This document shows, piece after piece, positions 38,425 to 50,594 of a stretch of 64,000 nt of DNA. This DNA is from Mobula hypostoma. Lineage: Eukaryota. Both the position numbers and the translations under genes were made by a program. Location: positions 32,488,001-32,552,000 of the forward strand of contig NC_086122.1 of NCBI RefSeq assembly GCF_963921235.1. The letters run 5' to 3'. The notes beneath the pieces were generated by a model. It had not been told where the DNA came from. It ran no database searches and worked only from the letters and a program-made list of their open reading frames with translations. Each line of letters begins with the position of its first letter. Position 1 is the first letter of the stretch.

Positions 38425-39485
38425 ATAAACATGAGCAAATCTGCTGAAGCTGGAAATCCAGAGCAACACACACACACAAAATTCTGGAGGAACTCAGCAG
38501 GCCACCTTGGGAAAAGGGTAAACTGTCGACATTTTGGGCTGAGTCCCTTCATCAGGACTGGAAAGGAGGAGGAGAAGAAGTCAGAGTAAGAGGGTGGGCG
38601 GGGGGGGGAAGTGGAGGAAGAAGTACAATTTGGTAGGTAAGAGAGGGAGAGGGTTGAAGCAAAGAGCCAAGAAGTCAATTGGTGAAAAAGATAAAGAGCT
38701 GGAGAAGGGGGAATCTGATAGGAGGGGTTAGAAGACCATGGAAGGAAGGGAAGGAGGTGGAGCCACAAAGGGGGCAGGTAATGAGATCGGGTTTTTAATA
38801 AATTGCCATTATTTTGAACACCAACTCTGTGTGATCTTTCAGTTTGTTCCTACAACATCGAATCCTTGTGTATGGCTTATAGTTGGACCTGAAATCAAGG
38901 CAACATCTGTAACAAAGTTGAACTTTCTGTTTTACATTTTTTTGACAGAACTAGGAACAAGAGAAAAGATAAAATGAGAAATTCTGCAGGTGCTGGAAAT
39001 CCAAAGCTTGGGAAATCAGCAGCTCAGGCAGCATCTGTGGAAATGAATAAACAGTCGGCGCTTTGGGACGAGATTCTTCTTTAAGACGAGAAAGGAAGGG
39101 GGAAGATGCCAGAATAAAAGACTGGGGAGAGGGGAATGAGGACTAGCTAGAAGGTGATAGGTGAAGCCAGGTGGGTGGGAAAGGTAAGAGGCTGAAGAGG
39201 GAAGGAACCTGATAGGAAAGTGGACCATTTGACTTCCCAGATTTTTATTTCAACCCTCCTCTTCTCCTGATTTCACCTATCACCTACTACCTTGTACTTC
39301 TTCCTTTCCTCTCCCCACCTTCTTACTCTGACTGCAAATCTCCTTTTTCCAGTTCTGATGAAGGGTCTCAGCTCGAAACTTTGACTGTTTAAATCTTTTC
39401 CACAGTTGCTGCCTGGCCTGCTCAGTTCCTCCAGCATGTTGTGTGTGTTGCCTTGATTTCTAGCGTCTGCAGATTCTCTCTTGTT
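38425..39485. mobile_element. Cluster of three Penelope pseudo-LTR fragments (38425-38780 minus, 38975-39228 minus, 39229-39485 plus)
   Basis: Each has the GCTGCCTG..CTGCTGAGTTCCTCCAGCA tail and a degenerate CTGATGAAGGG..GAAAC core. Further copies at about 3800-4620, 12650-12845, 37420-37547, 42083-42205 and 63683-63770. Confidence 0.75.
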
Positions 39486-40049
39486 CACAATTGTAGTATT
39501 CCCATTTATCATGAAAACTATTCATACTTTGAAATATTATGTTTTGATCATTTTTTTGTGCGGGGAGGTGGGATTTGGGGCTTGATGTTTGTGCTTTCTT
39601 TTCTTTCTTGGTTTCATGGTTACCCGGAGAACTGAAGAACTTCAGAGTTGTACACTGTACTTTGACAGTAAGAACAGTAAATCTTTGAAACCTTTGAAAA
39701 TCAGGTGAATTTGTCACCGTGTTGTTGCACCCTCCCAGCCAGTGGTGGTGCTGTACCTCCTCCGGTGGACGACAGGGAGCAATTGCAGCTTAGCAAGTTT
39801 ACATAAATAATTTTTCATCCTAACTTCCAACATTGAAATTTGTGATCGAGAGGGTGGCAGCGAGTGGGATTTTTTAAAAATAAGATTTCATAACTGAAAA
39901 TATTAAGAATACTGGTCCACGTAGAAATTTTTTTAAAATGAAATGCACAATCGAAAACCCTGGAGAATGCGTACACATTGCAGTCGGCGTAAATACATTA
40001 ACAGTTCGAGTAATTTTAATCGACGACTGAGGCCTCGAAGCTGGGTGAC

Positions 40050-40365
40050 GAGAGACCGCCGGCGCCCGGGCTGTGAGGTACTTTAAAATGAAGGTGACAT
40101 CAATGAGCGCGCGGCTGCGGGCCGGGCAGAGGCCGCCGGGCGCGCGCCCGGGCCTCGCGAGGACGCGCGCGCGCGGGGGTGGCGGGGGGGGGGGGGTGGG
40201 GGGGAGGAGGAGGAGGAGGGGGAGGGAGGTGAGAGGTCAGAGGTGAGAGCTCCTCACGATCTGTCATGGCGAATGATGGAGCAGGCATTCTGGCTTTCGT
40301 GTGACTCGGAGCTCTGGCTGTAACGAGCGGATCGCCGAGCTCCAGGCGGCAGGACACCGGTGAGT
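40050..40365 (+). promoter_or_regulatory. CpG-island promoter and non-coding first exon of an unidentified plus-strand gene
   Basis: Very CpG-rich (GCGCGC runs), G-rich tract 40176-40230, strong donor CCG|GTGAGT at 40360. All ATGs in the exon close before the donor. Confidence 0.7.
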
Positions 40366-43300
40366 CCCAACCCAAACTGCAGGATCCGGGCGGGGGAGGA
40401 GGAGGCTTCTTGACCGATAGCTCTTCCGATACGGGAGTTCTTTTTAATGACGGGAGCCACGTTATTTGCAGTGTTTTGGTCGCTAGTTTTCAGGATAACA
40501 ATACTCTGTATTGAATCCAAAGGGATTCCCCTGCGCGGAGTTTACAAGCACTTTAAATGTAAGTAGATCTTTTGTGTAATGTTGGGATATTTTTCTCACT
40601 GTACACTATTGTGTACTGAACTGTAATAAAACAATCTTTCTACAGTAAGAACCTAGATCCTCTACTCGCTTGACGATTTATAGTGTGCCTGTCTTGTTTA
40701 CAGTTTTTATCCTTTCAACATCTGGCTCTTTCAATTGTTTTTAAAAATTATTTTGCTTCACTGTTTTTATTCCTGAAATCGTGTTCGCCATCAACAAGAT
40801 ACAGGGCAGAATAAAAGTTAAATATCTCGATGTCTTGTGCGGAGTTGCGATTTTTCTGAATATTCCGCACAACGATGCTAAAGAATACCCGAAAGGTTAC
40901 ATGGTCTGTTGCATATTTTTAATTAACATTTGGCTCCGTTTCAAGAGATTACACGTTTGAAGCAAAATGGGTGATGGGACACGAAATGAATGAGGCTAGA
41001 TTAAAATACGAAGTGTTGAAATCCATTGTGGTTGATGGAGTATCCTTCCCCCTTTCCTCATAAATGGAAAAAGCTGTAGCAGAGTTTCAGATCTTTGAGA
41101 TACAATTCTTTAGATCTGCAGTGTGCAATATTTGAGTAGGTTGGTTCTATCACTCGTATAAAATCACTGTGTTGTTTCAGACCATTTTAAAAGCAATCAT
41201 GAATACTCATTAAAGTTAGCTCTTGAGTACACAAAAAGCATCTTTAATTTAAATACTTGGATTTCTTTCATATTACTTAAGTTTAATAACTGCTTTCACA
41301 ATTATTTCTATGATGTTACTAATCCATTTAAAGCCAGTTGCCATCTCAATTACAATAATTAAGTAATTATACAAATTCTGATTTGGAGACTCATCTAAGT
41401 ACTTCAGTTAACTTTATATTACATAAAATAAGTTGATTTTAGTTTTTCTCCTTGAGTTTTGTAAGAATGTTCAAACCCTTCATTCATAAGTAGGTTGAAA
41501 TTGGGTCTTATCGTTTTGCAATAAAACAGTACATTGAATTGGACTAGATATTGACTAAATCTAATCGCTTTTATACTCAAAATGAAGTTAGAATATTTAA
41601 ACAATAAAACACAAAAAAGTCTCCTTCAGTATATTTGAAGGAATAAATATTTTAGTAGTTGTTCTCAAATAACTAGCGATGGGAGAGAATGATGGCTTTA
41701 TGTTAAGTTAAATAATTACAGTATGGATTCTGGTTGGAAAGAGCAAAAGGGAAGTTAATATTAAGGTGTCAGAACTTTGTGTTTAATGTTGATAACCTAC
41801 AGGAATGTGGAGAAAAGAGAACAAATGTGAGTGCTTTCATGGTCAGGCTACCAAATAATTAACTAATTTGAAATGAATGGCTAATAACTCCTTTTTGCCT
41901 ACTGCACTGGGTCATTTCCAAATGAGGATTGTTAGATGATTGAAATCTTTCTCTATCTGCCTTGCAGCTTGACAAGTTAGGGAGGCACGTGGAGTGGTCT
42001 GGATCGGGTGACAGGGTTTGGATGTATTGCTCCGTGGAGTCACAGATGTCAAAAGCTAATGCATAAGAATAAACATAAATTAGACACGAGATTCTGCAGA
42101 TGCTGGAAATCCAGAGTGAGAAATGCAAAATGCTGGAGGAACTCAGCAGGGCAGACAGCATCTATGCAAAGATGACATTTTGGGCTGAGACACTTCATCA
42201 GGACTCATGAAAGGTCCCAAACATAATTTGGACAATCCTTAAATTATATTTGACCAATGTGAATCTTAACTTCTGATTTTCAATACACTTGCTGTAATTT
42301 AAAACAGAATTCTGGACAAACAAATTGTGCTGGAGTTGGTTTCTAAGATGTTGTACCCTGTACACCTGAATAACACAGTTTAAAACACATGTGTAAGGGC
42401 ATTGATTAATATTTTGTTGGAAGATAGTCAAAATTTAAAGTAAGTTTATTATCAGAGTACATATATGTCACTATATACAACCTTGAGATTCATTTTCATA
42501 CTCAATAAATCCAATAACCATAAAAGAATCAATATTTCCATTTAATATCAGAGAATGTATACAATATACAACCTGAAATACTTGTTCGGGCATCCACAAA
42601 AACAGAAGAGTGCCCCAAAGAATGAGTGACAGTAAAAACATTAAAGCCCAAAGCCCCCTACTCCCCCCCTCCCATGCACAAGCTGCAGCAAAGCATCAAC
42701 CCTCTCTCCCTACTTATTTCAGCTAAAAAAAGAAAGCATCAGCACCCACCAATCAAGCAATAGTAAAGTCGTCAAGAAAAACCATGATCTGCAGTACAAC
42801 ACAAACTAGTCATTCACCCAACAATTCAACATACCACAGACTCTCCCTAATAAAGGGACAGAGAAGTATCACACGTTGAGAGGGAAAACCGACAAAACAA
42901 AAAAAATAGTTATTGGATTTATTGCATATCCACAAGAAAATGAATTAGTCAAGTCTAATGAGTATGTGTATATATATATTGTCAAATTGCTAACATTTAG
43001 CTCATAAGATTACTGAAAAAGTTCTGGAATTAATTTCTTAAATACCTCCTCTACAACTGTCTCCTCAAAATATTCCTCTTTCAGATGACTTTTGGTCATC
43101 TATCTTAGTATTTCTTTAAGCGTTAGGATTTTTGTTTGATTAGTATTACATAAATGTTAATGGGATGTTTTACTCTGTTAAAAGTGCAATCTAAATGCCA
43201 TTATGTAGAAGTTGCTATGTTTTATCAGCAAAATATCAGGTGTTTTTGATGAGTCAGAGGCAAACGAAGAAGTAGTAGATTTGGGCTGGAGCTTTTGCAC

Positions 43301-43628
43301 ACAGGGAGTTCCTAGTTTGTTCTTTTCTGTCAGAAATAGCATTGAATAATGATATGGAAATTGCTTTAAATAGATTTGCTGTGAAAATCAGAAAATATCT
43401 GTCAGTTGTTCTGTGTAGTTGCATGTAGTCAGTGAAATATATCTTCTGTTTAGATAGTGTTGTGTTAGAAAAGTTGGGTTCTATTCTTGGTAATAAGTTA
43501 GCATTTGGGGATATCAAAGTGGATTCTTCAGGACAAAAAATTGATTAAAACCCCTTTGGAAAGTTTTAGAGACAATTTAATTCATTAGTATCTTTCTCCT
43601 GATTAAAGTAATTCACAAACAAATAATA

Positions 43629-44451
43629 TTGTGGATTCTGGTTAATTGGGCTATCAGTTAATCGGGGCAGCTGCTTATTTGGGACAACTCTTAAAGATCA
43701 AAATCTAATTGAGAAAATAGCTGGAAATTCCTTTATTTATTTGGAACATTATGTGGCTTAATTGGGGCAGGAGACTGTTGTTGAACAGTTTTTAACTAGC
43801 ATCAGTTGGGTGCACTTGTATGGCTGTTAAACACAATACTGTGCTTTGACCAAACAGTTTTAAAATAGCATCAGTTGCATATGTTTGTGTTCAAAAAGCA
43901 GCAAATGTTGTCACTGGTAATTGGCAAGAGATAAGCAGCAAGACAATTCAGAACTGTTTTACTCACTGTGGTTTCAAGAATTCAGGCTTGGAGATGGCAG
44001 AAATAGCTGGGAGTGAAAATGAGTAATTTCACTACTTCATTATATATTAGAAACTATGAAGAATTTGAAGGTATTGATAGCTGTCTTGAATGTTACAATG
44101 AAAATGAAGATTTGAAGGATGTGGTTGTTGACAACATTGTATGAAGGCAGTCCATTAGCTTTAATAGGTGTCTATGCTGATTTTATTCATTTACAGTCAA
44201 AAGACAATGTGGATGAATTCCTCTGTCCATAAGTATGAGGAACTAATACAGTTTTATAGTACTGTAGTATTATCACTAGTGTTCTAGTTTGTTCTGTAAT
44301 TTATTTAAATACACAATTTCTTACTCAGTTTGACTTTTTTTTCCCAATACCTTTTTAACTATTTTCCAGAAACTTCGGCTCATTGGGGCAGCTTCTTAAT
44401 TGGGCCAAAATGTACTAGTCCTGAGGTGTCCCAATAAACTGGAATCCACTG
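43629..44451 (+). mobile_element. pogo/Tigger-type non-autonomous DNA transposon
   Basis: TIR GTGGATTCTGGTTAATTGGG / CCCAATAAACTGGAATCCAC; residual TIQNCFTHCGF motif near 43943; related copies at 25568-26230 and 53075-53246. Confidence 0.7.
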
Positions 44452-45769
44452 TTCATGTAAAAGAATGTATGTATGGATGCACAGTACAGAATATACAGGT
44501 TAAGCATCAGAGCCACTTTATGAAGGAGAATCAAGAGTGGTGTGAATAAAGTAGTTACAAGGAAATTGGCCTATTTTTGTGTTCTAAGACACATCTTGTA
44601 GTTTTGCAGTGTGTTTAAGTTTGGAAAGTTGCAGACTGTGGTCTGGCAGTGCCAGCCTTCTTGTATCTGTTAGCATCACAATAATATAGTTTTGCTTTGG
44701 ATTTGTTACTGATTTGGTCTATGCAAAGAAGTGCAGACCTCTGCTAATGTCATAACCACTGCAAGCATTGATTTTTCTGATTATTATTTCACTTTGTGTG
44801 TGAAAATTGCTGTCATTTTTTTCTCCCCCATTTTACATTCAAAGTAGTCACTATTGTCATTTATTTGTTGTGGGATACCTGTCTTGAAGTCTGGATAAAT
44901 TTTTTTTTTTTTTTACAATTTCTGCAGTCTACATTTTTTAATATAAGAAATAGGAGCATTGAGCCTGCTTTCTCTGGGAAAAGAATTTTCTCCTGTAACT
45001 GGAGGCTGTGTTCCTACCAGTGGAAACAACTTTCCTGCTTCTGTCTCATCTATTCCTTTCATAATTTTATGTCTTTCTGTAAGAAACCCATTCATTCTGA
45101 ATTACAGTGAGTAGGGGCCCAGACAGCTCAATCTCTCCTCATAGGCTTTGCCTCCTCATCTGTAGAATCAACCTGCTGAATTTCTGCACTGCCCCTGAAG
45201 CTTTTGTCTTTCCTCAAGTAAGGAGACTGGAACTCATGCAGTACTCGAGGTGTGGTGTCACCCGTACATTGCACAGTTGCAGCATGACCTCCCTGCTCTT
45301 AAATTCAGTCCCTATGTATCATTGTGGGTTATAAATACAAATATGGGCAATCATGCTTTTTATGTTTTGAACCTCCATAAAGTTTATCATACTGTAACAT
45401 CTCAGAAAGTGAAATGCTATAATTTTGATGCTTTGAATAATACCCAGATTTAACTCATTAAAATGTCACCTATTGCATTCATTAGATGGCCTGCTATCAT
45501 ATCGTTCCTTTGGATATTCCCTGCTGCCTGATAAATGGATGTAATTCTGTGGTTAATTTTGGGTATCGAGATAATTCTGGGGTGAATGCTGAGCACTCAC
45601 AATGAAGTTTGACCTACTTATCGTTTCTTTCCATTGGCTCTTCTCACTTTGCAAAATATAAATGATCATATACCGTTAGTGTTGCAGATGAAACCCACAA
45701 CAGTGCCACAACAATTACTGTAAAGACATTTGACCAAGTAAGTGACAACTGATTTCTGAATGGATACTG

Positions 45770-45807
45770 AACCCATGAATACTAGCTTAACCCATGAATA
45801 CTAGCTT
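45770..45807. repeat. Perfect 19-bp tandem duplication
   Basis: AACCCATGAATACTAGCTT x2. Confidence 0.9.
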
Positions 45808-47254
45808 ATTACTTTTTAAAATTATTATTTCTGCACTTATTTAACTTAACTATTTAATATATATATATATTCTGTAATTCATGTTTCTTTTCTATTATGT
45901 ATTGTACTGCTGCCACAAAGACCAACAAATTTCATGACATGCTACTGATATTAAGCCTTTTTCTGATTCTGTATAGCACCTACAAATGCAGAAGTAGCTT
46001 AAAATATTGGTACACTATTCCAGCTGGGCTTAAAATCTAGATTTGAACCTACAAAATTTCCAGCTGAACTATTAGGTAATTAATATGATGACTTTCGTAT
46101 CATTGGATCAAAATTACACCGAATTCATATCTTGAAGTGTACGAAAATATACAAAAGGATCAAAAATGCAGCATGAGATATTACCTCTTCCTCTGGAAGT
46201 TACACCCAAATATTGATAACTAATTGACAAGCTTCTGGCTCATATTGTTAAGTGACAATTAGATGCTTCCTAACTATTATTCTTAAAGACCATTTAGGTC
46301 AAGAACCTGGAAGGGAAGTATTGAACTTCCTCCTTGAGAATGCTAACAGTGATGGTGGTGTCTGAAAAGAGGATCTGTCCAAGTTGCATGCCATCTTGGA
46401 CGATGTCTCCCATCCACTACATAATGTACTGGTTGGGCACAGGAGTACATTCAGCCAGAGACTCATTCCATCGAGATGCAACACAGAGCGTCATAGGAAG
46501 TCATTTCTGCCTGTGGCTATCAAACTTTACAACTCCTCCCTTGGAGGGTCAGACACCCTGAGCCAATAGGCTGGTCCTGGACTTATTTCCATCTGGCATA
46601 ATTTACATATTATTTAATTATTTATGGTTTTATATTGCTATATTTATACTCTATTCTTGATTGGTGCAACTGTAACAAAACCCAGTTTCCCTTGGGATCA
46701 ATAAAGTATATCTATCTAACTCTTTTTAAAGTAATGATTTTTTTAAACTCTTGAAAAATCTTCAAAGTTCCTTCCCCCGTGCAGTTAATCTGATCACCAT
46801 TCTAACATATTAACTTGGTCACTGTAAACACTTTAAAATACCTTCTATAATGCTGTTTATATTGTAAATGCATGTTGGTATTTATGCACATTTTATTCCA
46901 TATCCATTCTATAACCAAAACCTATATTAAAAAAAATTCTTTCTAATTGAATTTTTTTTTTGTTGCATGTTGTGCCAACACACCACAGTGAATTCCCAAT
47001 ATATGTAAATGTATACGGCAAATAAAGTTGATCCTTGATCCCTGGAGTTGAAGCAGATTGAGTATATGCAGGTTATCCTGAATTGTGGAGGTTCAACGTT
47101 TCAGATCTGTGTTTGGTAGAATGTGAGTGGGAGAGTGATGGAGGTTTGGAAAGCAGGTAGAAAGAAGAAAGCCTTTCTCTTTAGTCATGATACTCCAATT
47201 ATTTTGAATATAGTGTGAACTTGATGGATCAGTCCTTGCTTTATTATCAGAGTA

Positions 47255-47767
47255 TTGTGAGCAGTTTTGGGTCCCTTATCTTAGAAAGGATGTGCTGAAA
47301 CTGGAGAGGGTTCAGAGAAGGTTCATGAAAATGAGTTGGAGATTGAAAGGCTTGTCATATGAGGTTCATTTGGCTCTGAGCCTCTACTCGCTGCAATTCA
47401 GAAGAATGAGGGGTAATGTCATTGAAACTGATGGAATGTTGAAAGGATTCAGTGGAGGGGATGTGGACAGGATGTTTCCTGTGGTTGGGGAGACTAAGAC
47501 CAGAGGACACAGCCTCAGAACAGAGATGAAGAGAAAGTTCTTTAGCCAAAGAGTGGTGAATCTGTGGGAATTTGTTGCCATAGGCAGCTGTGGGGTGCCA
47601 AGTCTTAAAGCAGAGGTTGATGGATTCTTGATTAGTTGGAGCATGAAGGGATATGGGGAGAAAGTAGGAGATTGGGACTGAGAAGAAAATGGATCAGCCA
47701 TGATGAAATGGTGGAGCAGTTTTGATGGGCCAAGTGGCCGAATTCTGCTCCTATATCTTATGGTCTT
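47255..47767 (+). mobile_element. CR1 LINE 3' fragment
   Basis: LERVQRRF...RRMRG...TRGHSL...FFSQRVVNLW; CTTATGGTCTT tail. Same family at 49445-49862 and 51675-52118; older CR1 at about 13040-13765 (+) and 44950-45320 (-). Confidence 0.85.
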
Positions 47768-48100
47768 TATTTAATAGACACATTCTTTGGACAGTAACGG
47801 GTTGCTATGGATATTGAAAATCTGAAATAAAAACAGAAAATACTGGGAAAATACCAGAAGGTAAGGTGGGATCTGTGAAGACAGATAATGTTAACATTTC
47901 AAATCAATGGCTTTTCATCAGAAATGCTGCAAAGTGTGCTTGCCTATCCTTTTAATCCATTAGAAAGCATGGAAAGTAGAGGCAGGGGTAGAGCATTCAT
48001 TATTTAATACAATTGTGGCTAATTCTCTGTCTCAATACCATACTGCTCACTTTCTAAACTCTTGCCTTTTGTATTTGAAAACGTATGTTAAATGTATTCA

Positions 48101-48292
48101 AGCAAATAATTTGACAGGACTAACTGAAAGAAGAGATAGTAAGACTTCTTTCAGTTAGTCCTGACGAAGGGTCTCGGCCCGAAACGTCGACTGTACCTCT
48201 TCCTATAGATGCTGCCTGGCCTGTTGTGTTCACCAGCAATTTTTAATGTGTGTTGCTTGAAATTCTAGCATCTGCAGATTTCCTTGTGTTTG
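48101..48292 (+). mobile_element. Short Penelope-derived insertion with fold-back 5' end and intact hammerhead motif
   Basis: 15-bp TSD TGTTAAATGTATTCA (48086-48100, 48293-48307); 19-bp inverted arms 48115-48133 and 48145-48163. Confidence 0.85.
48157..48192 (+). ncRNA. Minimal type I hammerhead ribozyme motif
   Basis: AGTC-CTGACGA-A-GGGT(CTCG)GCCC-GAAAC-GTC^GACT: CUGANGA and GAAA boxes, 4-bp stem II, stem I AGTC/GACT, palindromic ACGT in place of stem III. Activity untested. Confidence 0.75.
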
Positions 48293-49862
48293 TGTTAAAT
48301 GTATTCAGTGTCTAGGCTTCTGTGGCCCTATATGGTAGAAGATCTCTTCACCTCAGTACTCAATGACTTATCATTTTTCCTGTTCTGGACTCCTCTGTCA
48401 GGGAAAATCTCCTTCTGTATCCGTCCGGACGAGTCCTGTCAGAATTTTGTATGTTTCACGTAATTAGTACAGCACAAAGGAGGCTATTTGGCCCTGCAGG
48501 AGCATGTACTTGTTCTCTATCTGCATTGTATTCTGTGATGCACGTTTATTGTGGTAACTAATCACATTAGTGGGGGTGTGGTTAAAGCAAAAGGAGTAAG
48601 TTACGTATTCTTGCTTATTTGTAGCTTGGGACTGGCGGAGCTCATATCTTCGCTGTCCACTTAATATTGCTGAATAATGTTGAGTTTACATTTAGATTTG
48701 CTTAACTTCATTGTTTTAAGATTGTATGTTTGTTAATTACTAATAAAGGATCAAAATAAAGTATTTGCACTGTTTGGGACAATCATTTCATTGGAGCTGA
48801 AAGTGCATAATGCAAGTTTAACAACCCTTTGGTGGTCGCAGGCTCGCAGCAATTGTTTTGTTTTCATTTTGGATTAGTTTTACCGCTATAGGCCCATTGT
48901 GTCCATACAGGTTCTCTACAGAGCATCTTAGTAGTTCCCAGCAACTTCATCTTAGCTCTGCACTTTATTCACTTCTCTTTTGAAATAATAGTCTGTCTTT
49001 GTGTTAGATCTGTAATCTCTTATATTTATTTATTTTCATCAGGAGTTCGCGACCTTTTTTATGCCATGGAGCCTTACCATTAGCCAATCTACATTATACT
49101 ATTTACTGACCTACATGGGTCTTTACACCATGTATTGGTCCACTCACATAACTTTACTAAATTTCTTTGAAGTCTCTTTTATCCTCCTCACAATTTCCAA
49201 TTCATTTAAGTTTTATATCATTGTCTTGGAAAATGAAGTACTTGATTTCTTCGTCCAGATTATTGATATCTATTGTGATCAGCTGGGGCTCACCAAATTC
49301 TGATTACTTGTAGTACCCTCGAGTCACTGAGAAAGCCTCACTTATAACTTCTGTTTCCTGTCATTTATCCCTAGTTCCATGTGTTTTAAATTGCATGCTA
49401 ATTTCTTGGGTGATATTTTATCAAAATCCCAATGCAAAATTGTGGGATTGAAAGGCTTGTCATGAGAGGAGCATTTGATGGTTCTGGGCTTTTGCTCACG
49501 AGAGTTCAGAAGAATGAGGGGTGATCTCATTGAAACCTATTGAATGTTGAAAGGCCTCGACAGAGTGGATGTGGAAGAGATGTTTCCTCTGATGGGGGAG
49601 TCTAAGACCAGAGGACACAGCCTCAGAATAGCGGGATGTCCTTTCAGAACGGAGATGAGGAGGAATTTCTTTAGCCAGACAGTGTTGAATCTGTGGAATT
49701 TGTTGCCACAGGCAGCTGTGGAGGCCAGGTCATTGGGTATATTTAAGGCAGAGGTTGATAGATTCTTGATTAGTTAGGGCATGAAGCGATACGAGGAGAA
49801 GGCAGGAGAATGAGGCTGAGTGGGAAAATGGATCAGCCATGATGAAATGGCGGAGCAGACAC

Positions 49863-50594
49863 GAATCAGAATCAAAATCACATCATCATTTGTTAACTTA
49901 GCAGCAGCAGTTTTAAAAAAACCTAATGAATAAGTAAATCAATTGTGTACTGAATAGATTTTAAAAATGTGCAAAAACAAATACTGTATATTTAAAAAAA
50001 AAAGTGAGGTAGTGTTCAAAGCTTCAATGTCTAATTTAGGAATGGGATGGCAGAGGGGAAGAAGCTGTTCCTGAATCGCTGAGTGTGTGCCTTCAGGCTT
50101 CTGTACCTCCTACCTGATGGTAACAGTGAGAAAAGGGCATGTCCTGGGTGCTGGGGGTCCTTAATAATGGTTGCTGTCTTTCTGTGACATTGCTCCCTAA
50201 AGATGTCCTGGGTACGTTGTAGGCTAGTGCCCAAGATGGAGCTGACTAGATTTACAACCTTCTGCAGCTTCTTTCGGTCCTGTGCAGTAGCCCCTCCATA
50301 CCAGACAGTGATGTAGCCCATCAGAATGCTCTCCACAGTACAACTATAGAAGTTTTTGAGTGTATTTGTTGACAGGCCAAATCTCTTCGAACTCCTAATA
50401 AAGTATAGCCGCTGTCTTGCCGCCTTTATGACTACATCAATATGTTGGGACCAGGTTAGACTCTCAGAGATCTTGACACCCAGGAACTTGAAGCTGCTCA
50501 CTCTCTCCACTCCTGATCCCTCTATGAGGATTGGTTTGTGTTCCTTTGTCTTACCCTTCCTGAAGTCCACAATCAGCTCTTTCATCTTACTGAC
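49863..50594 (-). mobile_element. Rex/Babar-type LINE 3' fragment inserted in a CR1 tail
   Basis: ORF 50031-50585 KELIVDFRK...KFLGV...QRLYF...RFRNSFFPSAI. The CR1 3'UTR is interrupted at 49862 and resumes near 50605. Confidence 0.85.
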
